Origin: Eledone cirrhosa
Lineage: Eukaryota
Assembly (NCBI GenBank): GCA_964016885.1
Contig: OZ024757.1
Coordinates: forward strand, 8,494,001-8,558,000
Length of the DNA stretch: 64,000 nucleotides
Reading direction: 5' to 3'
Each line of letters starts with the position of its first letter. Positions within the stretch are counted from its first letter, which is position 1. Shown here piece after piece: positions 35,000-48,996 of the stretch. The notes beneath the pieces were generated by a model. The model did not search any database and was not told where the DNA came from. It saw nothing but the letters and a program-made list of their open reading frames with translations. The translations under genes and the position numbers were made by a program.

Positions 35000-37177
35000 T
35001 CAACACTTGCAATAAACCCCATCACTGTGAAATGCGAAACACACAAATATACAGACACACTCTGGAAGGAAGAATATAAAATGTGAAGCTTGAAAAATCC
35101 TTATCTTATACTTATCATCATCACCGTTTTACGTCATGTGACCTCATCTTGCTCGTTCGGGAACTGATTTTGGCTTGATTTCTACAACTTGATGTCCTTC
35201 TTAACACAAAACCTCATTTACTGTGTGTGCTAGGTGCTTTTTTTTACCATGGTGCCTACACAGCCACTTTAATCTGGGGGCTGGGGGCTTTTTTGTTGAC
35301 CACTTTGCAGTGGGTGGGGATGGGGACATATTTGTCTATATGCTTCAGCTTCGGCTTGTAGCCGTGTGAAGTCAGGTCTTCTGTATTACTGCATGATGCC
35401 AGAGGGCACCGTCCTGCGTCATCGCTTTTGAGAGGTGCAATTGGGCAAGGTCAGCTTTTATCACCTCATCCCGGGTCTTCTTTGATCTCCCCACTCCATG
35501 GCTTCCAGCGACATTTAGTGCTCTGCACCTTTTAATGCAGCTGTCATCCTTCATATGCATCTATATATATATATACTCTATCAAATGGAAGAAGTATACT
35601 GCCATATATTGAAGATTACTACAATATCTAGGGAGCGAAGGACAATATATGCCAGACATTCCTACCAATGAATTGATGAGCTGGCTCCTGTGGTGGATAC
35701 CTAAACATAGTAAGACCCTAGTGAGATGACTGAAAATGACCTACATAGATCAGATGTCTAGGGATGTTCAGGTAGGGATTAATGATCTCAAGAATGCCAC
35801 GAAATAATAATATATATTAATGAACATTTATTATGGTAAAATATGTTGGAAATTATTCTCAGGTTTTGTATTGTAATCCACAAATACACTCTGTAGAAAG
35901 TTCTACTTCATATTTGTCATTAAGGTTTCTTATAGAGACACAATCTTATTTTATTGGTGATGGTGGTGGATTGGCAGAATCAGTAGAGTGTCAGACGATA
36001 TGATTTGTGTCATATAGTTACATCCCTTTACGTTCTGTATTAAAAACCTGCTGAGGTTAGCTTTACTCTTCTTCCTCAGGTTCAGTAAAATAAAGTACCA
36101 GTAATGCACTGGGGTTGAGTTAAAAGTAGAAACATTTATTTAAAGTCTACAAAACAATGGATGGAATACTTTTTGCCATATTTGTTCTGGTTCTCTGCTC
36201 TGAGTTTAAATCCTGCTGAGGTCAACTTTGCCTTTCATCCATTCAAGGTTGATAACAAAAAAGTATCAGTCTACCACTGGGGTCTGTTCTTTCTCACTTC
36301 CTCTCTCTCATTCTCTCTCCTTCTCTGGAAGAAATCACCTGTTCTAACCTGGTGAGTGAAGGGCTCCACCAAGCTTCAAATGTCCACAGTGACACCCCTA
36401 TGACTCCATCAGTGCAAGAAAAACAAAACAAGATTGATGTGTTTATATGTGTTATTTTACAAACACTAACTGGTTTATATTTATATTTATGACAAAATAT
36501 CCACATTTATGTGTAAATATAAACAATTTTATAACTTTAATATTTGTTGATGGTACTTTCATGACAGTTGAAATTATGACTTTTTTTTAGAAATAATTCA
36601 CATTTGAAAATACTTTACAACTTTCTTCTCTTGCCAAACAAGGGTTTGGTAGGACCCTTCAGTTGTGTCAAAGACATAACAACCTCTTTAGTACTGGTGC
36701 CCCAGTAGAATGTGGGACAAAATGTAAGAGAGATGTGGTCTACCACTGCACCCTGGTTTGTAAAGACCTGTCCCACCCTTGCTAGCAGGGAAAGTAGACA
36801 TTAAATGATGATCTATGATGTCATTGGTGCCAAGTTGTTTCAGCTATTCCCTTGGACAACATTATATATAATGTGTATGTAGTATATATATAGTTTATAT
36901 ATTGTCTATATGTAGCATATACTCTATATATGCAGTATTTATATATAGTGAATATATTGTGTATATGTAGCCCGTACATATTATTTATATGTTTATATAT
37001 AGTGTATATATTGTGTATATGTAGCACCTACTCTATATACATAGTATTTAAATGTAAATATATAGTGTATATATTGTGTATATGTTAGCACATACACTAT
37101 ATACATAGTATTTATATGTATATATATAATGTATACATAGTATTTATATGTATACATATACATAGTATTTATATGTA

Positions 37178-39584
37178 TCAATTAAGGCCAAAAAGCAGGC
37201 TTGGAAAGTATGGCGGGATGGGGGAAGCAGAGAAGATTATCAAATGGCCAGGAGGGAAGCTAGGAGACAAGTGTACTTCGCAAGAAGGGAAGCAGAGGAA
37301 AGAAAGTTCAAGCATGTTCTACAACGCGAGGACCAAAAACGTGAGGTGTTCAGGATTGCGAGGCAATGTGTCAAGGAAAACCGTGATATTGTCGGGGAGA
37401 AGTGTGTACTTGATGATGACGGCGTACTTGCCATCACTGACGCTGATAAGAAGGTAGCTTGGAAGTGTCACTATGAAAGGCTACTAAATGAGGAGAATAA
37501 ATGGGAGAAAGACAGTCTCCCCCACATCGACCCAATAGAGGGACCAGCAGTGTTAGTCGAGGGGAGTATAATAAGTAAGGCACTCAAAGATATGAAGACG
37601 GGTAAGGCGGCTGGGCCTTCGGAAATAGTTGCCGAGATGCTGAAGGCATCTGGTACGGTGGGACACACCATGGTCACCCGGATAGTTAACCAAGTCGTAC
37701 AGAATGGGGTTGTTCCGAAGGACTGGCGTAGCAGCAGCATCGTTAACTGTTATAAGGGTAAAGGAGATGCCCTAGATAGGAGTAACTATAGAGGCATTAA
37801 ATTAATCGACCAGGTCATGAAGGTCACGGAAAATGTAATAGTGCAACTAATCAGAGAGAGAATTGATCTAGATGAAATGCAGTTCGGGTTTGTGTCAGGC
37901 AAAAGTACCACAGACCCTCTTTTCATTGTACGACAACTACAGGAGAAGTACCTAGCTAAAAGTAAACCCCTATACTTAGCTTTTGTCGACTTGGAGAAAG
38001 CCTTCGACAGAGTCCCCCGTTCCATTATCTGGTGGGCTCTTAGAAAACTAGGTGTTGACGAATGGCTTGTGAGAGCTATACAAGCCATGTATAAACAAAC
38101 AGTCAGCAAGGTTAGAATTAACAATGAATATAGTGAAGAGTTTAGCGTAAAAGTTGGCGTCCATCAGGGCTCTGTTCTCAGCCCCCTACTATTTATTATT
38201 GCCCTTCAGGCTATAACAGAGGAGTTCAAGACCGGTTGCCCATGGGAACTCCTATACGCAGATGACCTAACACTCATAGCTGAATCAATGGCCGAGCTAG
38301 AGAAGAAATTCCAAACATGGAAGCACGGCCTAGAATCAAAAGGCCTTAAAATTAACCTGGCTAAGACTAAAGTTCTAGTTTGTAAGAAAGAAAATAAGGT
38401 GGCGGTCCCTTCCGGGAAGTGGCCATGCTCAGTGTGTAGGAAAGGCGTAGGTAGAAACTCCATTTTGTGTCCCAAATGCAAAGTATGGGTGCATAAAAGA
38501 TGTAGTGTTAAGCTAACTAAGAACATAGACTTTACATGTGGCCGGTGCTCTGGTGCAATAAGTAGCAGCAAGTGCCCACAAAATACTAGCTCTTTCAACT
38601 GCGCAGAGGATTCTATAGAAATAGTGGACAGCTTCTGTTACCTGGGTGACAAAATCAGCAGTGGGGGAGGGTACTCTGAAAGTACAGCAGCTAGAGTCAG
38701 AACTGGATGGAAAAAGTTCAGAGAGCTTATACCACTATTAGCCGCTAAAGGGTTCTCCCTAAAAATGAAAGGCAGGTTGTATGATGCCTGCATACGAACA
38801 GCAATGTTGCATGGCAGTGAGACCTGGGCATTGTGTGCAGAGGATATACGCAGACTAGACAGAAAAGAAGCTTGCATGCTCCGCTGGATGTGTAATAGTA
38901 ATATACGTGAACGGCAAAGCATAAACGAACTAAGGAAAAAATTAGAAATAAGAGGGATCAGATGTTGTTTACTCGAGAGAAGGCTACGTTGGTATGGTCA
39001 CGTGATGCGCATGAAAGACGATAGCTGTATAACAAAGTGCAGGGCATTAAAGATAGACGGTAGCCACGGAATAGGCAGACCCAGAAAGACCTGGGACGAG
39101 CTGATAAATTCCGACCTCACACACTTACACCTCACCAAGACAATGTCACTGGACCGAGACCTTTGGCGGTACTCAGTAATAGAGAAGACCCGCCTTACCT
39201 AAATACAAAGTAAAACCTACTACAGTCAGTAGGCATCTCTAACAAAATACACGCCCGTCCCCCCACCCCCATTCGTCCACACCGCCCCTTTCAATGTAAA
39301 TTTATGTTGGTGCCACAACATCCAGGCCGAAACAAATGAGATCGTGTAGGTATCACGACAACAAAACACACAGTCCATGCTGTAATGTGACTGTGTAGGC
39401 AACACGGTAAAAACCTCCCTGCCCCACACTGTAAATGTGGTTGGTGTTAGGAAGGGCATCCAGCTGTAGAAAACCCGCCAGAGAGTCCTATGCAAGCAAG
39501 ATAATCACTCTTGCCTCAAGTGGGAAAACCCCCGTCCAAACCCATGCAAGCGTGGAACACGGACGTTAAACGTTGATGATGATG
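37178..39584 (+). mobile_element. 5'-truncated young RTE LINE with uninterrupted RT ORF
   Basis: Close match to 19993-22520 in the opposite orientation; (TGA)n tail; inserted in a TA-rich minisatellite. Confidence 0.95.
37244..39202 (+). CDS. RTE reverse transcriptase (N-truncated, 652 aa) with PHD finger
   Basis: All RT motifs including YADD; C4HC3 at 38426-38548; no APE domain. Confidence 0.85.
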   Translation: MARREARRQVYFARREAEERKFKHVLQREDQKREVFRIARQCVKENRDIVGEKCVLDDDGVLAITDADKKVAWKCHYERLLNEENKWEKDSLPHIDPIEGPAVLVEGSIISKALKDMKTGKAAGPSEIVAEMLKASGTVGHTMVTRIVNQVVQNGVVPKDWRSSSIVNCYKGKGDALDRSNYRGIKLIDQVMKVTENVIVQLIRERIDLDEMQFGFVSGKSTTDPLFIVRQLQEKYLAKSKPLYLAFVDLEKAFDRVPRSIIWWALRKLGVDEWLVRAIQAMYKQTVSKVRINNEYSEEFSVKVGVHQGSVLSPLLFIIALQAITEEFKTGCPWELLYADDLTLIAESMAELEKKFQTWKHGLESKGLKINLAKTKVLVCKKENKVAVPSGKWPCSVCRKGVGRNSILCPKCKVWVHKRCSVKLTKNIDFTCGRCSGAISSSKCPQNTSSFNCAEDSIEIVDSFCYLGDKISSGGGYSESTAARVRTGWKKFRELIPLLAAKGFSLKMKGRLYDACIRTAMLHGSETWALCAEDIRRLDRKEACMLRWMCNSNIRERQSINELRKKLEIRGIRCCLLERRLRWYGHVMRMKDDSCITKCRALKIDGSHGIGRPRKTWDELINSDLTHLHLTKTMSLDRDLWRYSVIEKTRLT

Positions 39585-39713
39585 TATATTTTGTGTATAT
39601 GTAGCACGTACACTATATACATAGTACTTATATGTATATATTTAGTGTATATTTTTGTGTATATGTAGCACATGCTATATACGTATGTATATATATAGTG
39701 TATATTTTGTGTA

Positions 39714-40235
39714 TCATCATTACACTACTTTTCCATGCTTGCATGGGTTGGACGGGTCCTTCTTAGCATGACATCTCTCCACTAGATGCGTTCCTTCGTC
39801 ATCTCCTCTTCCAGTATTCACAATTTGAGTTAAGCTCTCACAACATTTGCCCCTGACTTTCTTGGTCATCCTCTCCTGCAGCTTCCTTCCACTAAGATTT
39901 CTCCAAGCTCTGTATTTCTCTAACATATACGTTGCAGATCCAACAAAACATGGTTGCTTCATTTTTCTCCAGTCTAATCGCATCATCTACAGTCACAGCC
40001 CATGTTTCTCTAGCATGCAGTATTGTGCACTTCACACAGGCTTTATATACCCTTCCTATTGTGTGTAGGGAGAAACCTTATGTTATCAGCAGTAGTAGTT
40101 CACTAAACATCCATCCTATCCTTATTCAAGCCACTCTACACTTGGCATACCCTCCTCTGCTGCTGATTAGGTCACCTAGATAGCAGAAGCTATCAACCAC
40201 ATCTACAGATCCTTCCTGTGACTGGAAACGGTGTA
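39714..40235 (-). mobile_element. Old RTE 3' fragment
   Basis: EGSVDVVDSFCYLGDLISS in a minus-strand ORF. Its tail is paralogous to 24660-24800. Confidence 0.75.
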
Positions 40236-40707
40236 TAACAGTAGCACTCTTCCTCTCAATTTCTGCTCTGCTGCCTAACCAACCACTTCCTCTCTGTCCC
40301 CACACTGCTGATTTCCTTCTCAAAATTAGAAAGACCACAGCCCACTTGAGGAAGGAGTCCCATGAGGTGGGGTGGATGTTGCAGTGGGTGTCTCTGGCTA
40401 TTCTTTGTGGTAACACCTTTGTCACTTTGTCTGTAGGGTGGGGCTGAATCACAGCTCAGACTGGAATATAGTGTCTGTCCCTCCCCCTCTCCCATTATTT
40501 TCGTTGCTAGATACGTTTTCGTTACTATATAAAATATAATTAGATTAATGAAAGTTATAATTAAGATAGCAGGTCGTTGACAATGTTTCCCTTTCCGGTT
40601 TTTGACCAGTGTCATACGTTAAAAGTCACTAATATAATTTAAAATATAAATATATTGCCTGTACGTTTATAAACACACTCTCTCGTGTGTAATCGTTTCT
40701 TATATTA

Positions 40708-40714
<7 letters not shown>

Positions 40715-40739
<25 letters not shown>

Positions 40740-43700
40740 AATATTGTGTACAGTGCTCAGGTGCACTACAACTCATCAAAAGTGTATGTATAGTACATAG
40801 GGTAATGTACAAACATCAGGAAAATGAACAGTGCATGAGTCATGCTACACGCACGTGTATGGAAGAGGTACATCAAGTGTAGTTTTGGCGTATTTCGGGA
40901 AGCATGAGTGTCTTAAAGGATGCAGTGTCTCGGCAGCTAACAACTGACGCTGGCAGTTTGTTCCATGCTTCAGCAACTCTGAGCGTGAAAAAATGTTTAC
41001 GAAAGTCATGGGAGCTGTGCTGTTTTCTGATTTTGTAGGCATGTCCACGTGTGTTAGACACATGGAGATCAAAATGGTGCTCAGGGTTGTAATTGGCAAG
41101 ATGGTTAATACCTTTGTGGGTGTTTACCAAGTCCATTGCCAAACGTCGGAGCTTCAATGAATCCATGCCCAGGGAAGCAAGGCGTTCAGAGTATGGTAGG
41201 TGTCTGATGGAGGGTATGCGCTTGGTTGCACGTCTCTGAACAGTTTCCAGGAGGTCAATGTTCTGAGCAAGATAGGGGTTCCAGACTGATGATGCGAATT
41301 CCAAGTGTGGTCGTACCATAGCTGTATACAGTTTTAAATAGATGGCTGGAGAGCGGATAACAAAGGTCTTGCTGAGTGATGCCAAGACACCCTCGGCCCT
41401 CTTGACAATCTTAGAGACATGCTTTGTCCAACGTAAATCGTTGCTGACAGTAATGCCCAGGTCACGTTCACAAGAGGACTTCTTGATATCAGTGTTGTGG
41501 AGGGAGTATGTGGACGCTGGATTTTTCCTCCCAAAGTGCATGGTGGTACACTTGTCCACAGCCAGCTTCAGTTGCCAGTCTGTGATCCATTGCTGCATTG
41601 TGTCCAGGTCTGATTGTAGGAAAGAGTTGTAGATTTCAGGATCAGTCCTTTCGATTTCAAGGTACAGCTTGATGTCATCTGCATATTTCAGTACCATGGC
41701 ATTCTTTAAGTTGGCATGTATGTCATTAATATATGCCACAAACAAAAGGGGACCAAGAACAGATCCCTGTGGTACACCAGATGACATCTCATATGGTGAA
41801 GAATGCTGTCCTAGAACCGTGACTACCTCTTTTCGGCTGAGAATGAAGGATTTCAACCAGTTCTAAAGATCATCCCTCACACCCATTGCAGAGAGTTTTG
41901 GCATAAGTCTTTTATGTGGCACAGAATTAAAAGCCTTAGCAAAGTCAAGGTAACCAACATCCACCCATGAGGCGTTGTCAGTGATCCGGGTGATGTCTTC
42001 AAGGAACTCGATAAGCTCATCACAGCAGCTGGAGTTAGGGATAAATCCAAACTGTGAGGGCCGGATGAGGCTGTGAGAGCTCCAGAAGTTCCAAAGTGTT
42101 TCCTTGACACAGGATTCCATCTGTTTGGCCATAGAGCTAGTAAGACTAACTGGACGATAGTTGACAAGTGACATGCGGTTGCCCTTTTTGAACAGGGGAA
42201 TGACACTGGCAGTTTTCCACTGCTCCAGAATAGCACCATTGTTGAGACAGTATTGAAAGAAGAAAGAAAGCTGGTGCAAAATGTAATACCCGCCATGTTT
42301 GAGAAGCAGTTATGTCACACCATCAAGACCAGGGAGGCATAGTTGCGCTTATTCTTAAGGTGACGTCGCAACATTGCAGGTGTAAATTCCATAGTTGTTA
42401 TGGAATTTGATGTTAGAGATGGTACATTCTGGTTTTCAACAGTAAAAATACTTGCATAGCACTCAGCAATAAGTTCTGCGCATTATTTGGGATCATCAGT
42501 GATCTGGCTTGTGTGGGGATTGCAAAGAGGACCAACTGGAGAGTGAGGTCTCTGCTTTGAATGAACATATTTCCAGAACACCTTATTGTCAGGATTGGTT
42601 GCTATGCACTGTTCAAATTCAAACACTGCCTTCTTTGTCACTTGCTTGAGATGGTTAGAATATTTATTCCGCTTTTTTCTGTTGTCATCTGATTTATGCA
42701 GTTTATATTCCCGTTCAGCGTTCCAACGTTCTTTCCTGGCAAGTCGGACCGCTGAAGTTTCCCAAATTGCACTTTTGGGGTGGTTATTTTTCCGCTTACG
42801 TGGCACCGATGCTGCACACGCTATCCATATTGAGTCCAGGATGCTCTGGAGTATAGTGTTCACATCTCATGCCAGTTTGGGCACTGTAGCTCAGTGCAGT
42901 ACAAGTTCCAATCCGCCCTCTTCCAATCAAAGCAAGCAGACTGGAGATGGCTCTGGTTTTTGTTGCTGCCCTCAAGTGCCAGATTGGCAATGATCATAGC
43001 ATGATCAGAGTCGCCTAGAGGTTCCTCAGTAGTACAACTGATAACCACTTCAGGAGTAGTGGTGAAGATCAGGTCCAAAGTGTTGTTACCTCTTGTTGGA
43101 GAGGTGACTACTTGTGACCAGTTTGAGTCCAGCACTAGTTCAAGGAAATCGTTTGCACCTTGTGGCCAACGAAAGGTTTCCCAATCGATCTCAGGATGAT
43201 TGAAGTCACCTGCAATAAACACATAAGTGGCTGTTTTCTTGGCAGCAACTCTGAGGATATCGCAAAGCTGTGTGTCCTGATGGTAGTTTGGGGGGCGATA
43301 AACAACACCAAGCAGAAGTGTTGACATGGCCATACGTACGTCACAGAAAAAAACTTCTTCCTGTGATTCGTTCAAATCAATGCAAAGAATTACCGAAAAG
43401 TTTGAACGAACGTAGACCATCACACCACCACCACGGCGATTAATGCGGTCCTTGCGGAAAGGTTGTACCCAGTAATGCTGAAAACCCCATCACAGAGTAA
43501 GGAATGTGCCCATGTTTCTGTGACTGTGATGAAGTCAGGGTCGATGCTTCTGACGTAGGAGTCAAACAGATGTATCTTGTTGCATAAAAATGCGAGCATT
43601 TAAGGACAACAATTTGTACCCTGGTTACAGTTTATCATGGTGTGTAGAGGGTGGCAGGTTGTTCTGGTTTAGTTTCCCAGAGTTGTTGCAGTTTTTTTTA

Positions 43701-45170
43701 TTGCTAGTTATTGTGGATAGAGCACACTCAGACCTGCTGGTATCTCTCTTCCACGTTTCACCAGCCTTAACAAACCTCTAGATCTGCCCATCATCACGCA
43801 GACTAAAACTTTCATGTTGTGCTGAGTTCCGATTCAAGGAAGCTGCAGCACGTAGCTTTCGACGTACATGGGGTGGTAGGCCTGGGTGTGTTCAGAAGGT
43901 AATCCGATTTTCACGCCCAGCTTTAACAGAGGCCAGATGGTATGAGATTGCCTCAGCGGGGTCCGAAAAAGACAGCCTGATGAGTTTAGTTTTGGACGAG
44001 GTCGACCAAGGCAAAGACCACCCTTTGGGGGAACACAGCCTAGGTCTTTGGCTGAGCTGGCAGCAAATGCCTGAAGATCAGCTTTGTCCTCTGGTACCCC
44101 AATGGCAATTACTTCATGGGTAGCAGATTCCGCAGTCTTCTCAGTGTGCTCAGATGCGGCAAGAGGTACAGGGAGATTCTTTAGCAAGGCATTCCAATAA
44201 GACCCCTCATTGTGGGGTCCTACCCGAATGCTTGCCTTTATTCCTGTTACTTCCCTTCTTAAAGCAGAAATCATTGGTTGCAATTCTGCAAAATCTGTAC
44301 TGGTCGGTTGTTGTTGTTGTTGTTTGCTGCTGTTGTTGTTGTTATTGTTGGTGGTGGTGGTGATGATGATGATGTTCCTCCACAGGAATGGTAGGGGAAG
44401 ACTCAGCCGCCGGTTGTTGATGTCGAGATGTACTGGGAGTGGAAGACATGGGTTGTTGTTGTTTCTGATGTTCTCCCACAGGAATAGCAGCAGAAGCCAG
44501 TGTCATAGGTTTTTGCAGTTGTTCAGTAACAATGGTGGAGGGAGATACAGTCATTGGTTGTTGTTGTTGTTGTTGTTTTTCAATAACATTAGTGGAGGCA
44601 GGCATACAGTCCAGGCACTGAAAGGACCAAGATTTTAGCTGTACCATCTCCCAGATTCCATCCATCATAGCATTATGATGTCTCTTTTTTTGGCCTGGGA
44701 TCCTCCGGAAGCCTGTGGCGCATTGAAGGCAGACAGAGATGTGACAGGTTCCACATTCGACCCATCGATAATGGAACGAGTTTTCGTGTTCCGAACAGAT
44801 ATGGCAGATGTGGTTTTCTGGGCAATGTTCTATTTTGGAACATCGACCAGTTTTGTCGCATACTTCATCCATGGACATCACCGTGGCAATTTTGTTATTT
44901 CTGCCCATCCGTAGAAAAACACAGAATGTAAACAATATAGGTTTAGCGCACTTGATTACGATAGAAATAAATAAAAAAAATTTCTGTTTGTTTTTTGGTG
45001 TATTTTGTTTCCGTTTTCCTAAATGATGTGTGTACAGAAGATTCTGTGCATGAAACAAATAAATATGTTGTGTAAGTTAACAAGATAAATGTTTGTTTAT
45101 GTTTTGTTTTTGTATTTCTGTTTCTGTGTTCCTATGTATTATGTGTGTGTGTATGCAATAAGATCTGCAC
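40715..45170 (-). mobile_element. Near full-length CR1/L2-group LINE (ORF1 + ORF2), inactivated
   Basis: ORF1 from ATG 44908 has a Cys-rich finger and polyQ/H. APE (YRPP, GDFN, LDLIFT, SDH) at 42860-43600. RT (NYRPVSLTS, QFGF, DFAKAF, GVPQGSVLGP, YADD) at 40873-42300. (TAA)n tail. Confidence 0.93.
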
Positions 45171-45767
45171 ACGCATATATAATTATATATATATATAATT
45201 AAAATGTGTATGTGGGTTAGAAGCGAAGTCAGTGTTCAGAGATATTTGACAAATGTACGTAAGATTGGCCGGTATAGTGTCTCTCACGAAATAGTGTGGT
45301 TTCTTTTCACTTGTGTGTATATGCATGTGGTATATATCTGTATATAAATCTGTGTGTATATGCATGTGGTATGTATCTGTATATAAATCTGTGTGTATTG
45401 TTGTTTATAGATTTTGTGAAGTACTTACTGCGATCCCTAAGGAATGTAGTGATTTGTTGTTTATTTCCCCTGTCCATGTCCACACGTGGTTTGTTGGCGA
45501 AAATCAAATCAAATCAAATATACTTTGTTAAAATAATTCTATGTTGAAACTGGTACTAATTGTCAGGGAATAGTCAAAGTATTTGTAATAATGAATATTG
45601 TAATCCATCTGACATGTGTTTAAAGGCAGTTTTTGGTGATATGGAACTTATGCCCAACAGCTACATGAACCTGGGACACACAACAGATTCTACACAAAAT
45701 TGTTAATAAAATACATGTATATTTATTTATACACATGTAGGAGTCACCTTACATGATATGTATATTA

Positions 45768-45842
45768 CAGTGTACCCCAAAAATGTATACACACTTACAT
45801 AGACTGTAGTTGACGTGTGTATACATTTTTGGGGAGACCCTG
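45768..45842. mobile_element. Tc1/mariner-type MITE (75 bp)
   Basis: TA|CAGTGTACCCCAAAAATGTATACACAC ... GTGTGTATACATTTTTGGGGAGACCCTG|TA. Confidence 0.75.
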
Positions 45843-46289
45843 TATATATTTTATATACACATATATATGTTAAAAGATGATTGATATATAAATATAAACA
45901 TATAAATATATATATATATACGCACATATATTTATAAATATATACTCTTATGTATTCCATTAAATATTCTACACGTGTATATATATATTTATATGAATAT
46001 ATATATATATACTCTTATGTGTATACGTCTGAAAATGTATATATGTATGTAAATATATTTTTATACATACATGTATACATATAGATGGACAGTTATGCAC
46101 ATAAAATATTTTATTTATTTATATACATACAATGAATTATTAACTTATTAAAAACTACAATGTATGATTAAATTATGTTTGATTTTAATGTCTATGAAAG
46201 AAGATTATTATAATTTATCTAAATTAATGTTAAAATAAATTTTTAAAAATCTAAATAAACAGTTTATTTGTTAACATAACCGTGGTGAT

Positions 46290-46440
46290 AATATTGGTTC
46301 CTTATATAGGCATAAGACCAACAATTTTGGGGGAGGGGAAAGTAGATTAAATCAACACCAGTGCATTACTGGTACTTTATTTTATTGACCCCGTAAGGAT
46401 AAAAGGCAAAGTTAACCTCGGAGGGATTTAAACTCAGATC
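46290..46440 (-). mobile_element. tRNA-derived SINE 3' part
   Basis: Reverse complement of the 15668-type SINE (actggtactttattt...gaccccgtaagg...aaaggcaaagttaacctcgg). Confidence 0.75.
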
Positions 46441-47330
46441 ATACCATCGTCATAATATTACAAATAAAAAGAGAGGGAGTCGGGCTGCTAACTGTAAGGT
46501 TCTTGTCTTTAGGTGGGGTGTTGTGTTGGTTGTTGGGTAGGAGCTGTTGGCCGATGGGTTGAGCATGTAGTGTCACTGAACCACGATCAAGGCTGCGATA
46601 GTGATGCTTCTGTGGTTTCATATTTCAACACAGGCAAGATGATCTATAATATGAACGGCGAAATTGTGGAGAAATTCATTCAATTACTACAGGTCTGACC
46701 CTTGGTTTGAATTATATCTACTTATGAAGGTTTAAAGCAACCGACCAAACAGTCCTTTCCTAATTCAAGAAGGTATGTGACCTGAAAGAAATTTGGCTGC
46801 TATTTCCAACAGGTCAAGTAACCACATAGAGGTCTTCTCTCCCTCTCTCGAAACAAACATATTTGTTATTGTTGGTGGTTTTAGCCAAAAAGTTGTTGTT
46901 GAAATCAGTAATTTTTTACAGGAAAGTTAGGATTAACTAATGAACTTGATATAATTGAGTGAGGGAAGATTTTAGCTGGCCAACATACAAAACACTTTCT
47001 AAATGAGACAGAACACTTTGTAGAATAATTATTTCAATGATTCTTTTCTAACTTTTCCTTTCAACTTTCTCTTTCATTTCACTTGTTTTTCCTTCTTTTC
47101 TTTAACCTTCTTATTAGATTATATGTTGTCTTATATTTTCACTTGGACTTTATACTTCTCTGTGTTATATATATAAGGTTCCATGTGAAACCCCATAACT
47201 AGAATACAATTGAACAAGAAACAGACGATTTATTTCGATTATAAAGAATTTGTCGTTACAACGAATTATCTTTATACCCGTGAATTTCGTTATAACGGAA
47301 TTTCACTGTATATATATTATGTGTGCGTGC

Positions 47331-47368
<38 letters not shown>

Positions 47369-48415
47369 CAAGAAGGAGAATGATATTCTGGCGGTTTTCG
47401 AGCTTATTCTGAAGTCTGTACAAAAGACTTGCTGTGTTGATTGTTTAACTAAACGTAAAAGTTTAAAGAAAGAAAAATCCTTAATGGATATTTTCACTGC
47501 TATTTCTAGCAGAGTGAGAGACTACATAGATATATAATTGATATTTTACTGAGTGATACTTTTTGATTTATCATCAATTAAATACGATTGGAAGTGTGTC
47601 TGAATGTATTAAATTATATCAGGGAATTTTAACGTATTACACCGGTAAGGGAGTTAAATCATTTTCAACGACACCGGGTACTTGCTGTCTTCATTATAAC
47701 TTTAATTATTCTAATATATATATACACACAATTTTATTTCCCCGACATCAGTCTTACACTGTCATATCTATTCTTACTTTACAATTGTGTCTTCTAAGAG
47801 TTCCATTACAATCTGTAGTAGTAAAACTACTATTTCACCAGAACATCTGCTATCAGTCATTTATAGACAATATATATATTTTAGACCACATATCAACCTA
47901 ATATATATATATTTCCTATCTAATCTGTAGCTAAAGACATAAAGTCAGCCTCACTACTTCATTCTGACAAGATATCAATTTATGACTAAAGATGAAGAAG
48001 ATACACCAACGTTAATGTCGTGAAATAAAGCTGATAACATTGAAACTTCTAATTTGATAACAAAGAGATTATTTCTTTGGTTAGTAAAACCTAACAACAC
48101 AACACATTGATTATATGTGAAGGAGGTAAGTTGACAAAGATTTACGTAATGTCTATATTAATGTGTGTAAATAATATAATTATGTGACCCCTACAAAGAT
48201 CGAGTAATTAATCAGATTCCACTGTTACATGTGATATAAAATATATTGTTATCATGACTGTCTTTATTATTTAAATTACCTCCGTCTATATTTCAACCAC
48301 TGGAACAATCTCAAACAAGAAACAGTTGTCACCCTCAGTCAACATATTAATGTAAAAAATCGAAATAAATGTTATGTGTGTATATAGATAGATGTATGTT
48401 GTGTGTGTATATATA

Positions 48416-48992
48416 CAGTAATCCCCCGCTATATCGCGGTTCACTTTTCGCGGTCCCGTTACATCGCGGATATTTCTTTGGAACGTATCTAATTTCCTAT
48501 CGCGGTAATCTTCGCCACATCGCGGATTATTCGTTAGAACATATCTAGTTTCTTATCGCGGTACGTCTGAATAAAAAGTGTTTAAAATTTAAACTTATTA
48601 AATAAGTTTCAATGTTATTAAAGTGTATATCGTAAGGAAGGGACATCTTAAGGCGTTAATTATGAACAAATGTTTATATTTTTCATTCCATTACTGTTTT
48701 ACTGATTGTGTTTTGCTCTAATCTACTACAAACCCTTCATAGATTGACGGGAGATGTGCAGTGTATTACCAAGTGGCTACCGTAGCTGGCAATAGTCCTC
48801 ATTGGTAACTAGTGGTATGATGGTTGGTGGTAGTTTCTATACGATCGTTACATGGTTGTTTAAATACAAAAGTGTGTTTTAATGAGTTTATATGTACTTA
48901 AAGCATGTATGAGAGGTATTTTAAGGCTTAAACTATGAAAACAACGGTTGTCTTTATGGTCTCTCTAAATCACGGTTGGTTCTGGAACGTAT
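48416..48992. mobile_element. pogo/Tigger-like non-autonomous element, right end truncated
   Basis: TA|CAGTAATCCCCCGCTATATCGCGGTTCACTTTTCGCGG with repeated ATCGCGG subterminal motifs. Confidence 0.7.
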
Positions 48993-48996
48993 CATG

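Larger units (their letters stand above)
27360..36630 (+). repeat. Tandem segmental duplication unit carrying a ZNF gene (paralogous to ~9735-10530 plus 11999-19695)
   Basis: Collinear flank, old RTE, SINEs, upstream module, exon, ZNF CDS and 3' RTE fragment, with visibly high identity. Confidence 0.92.
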
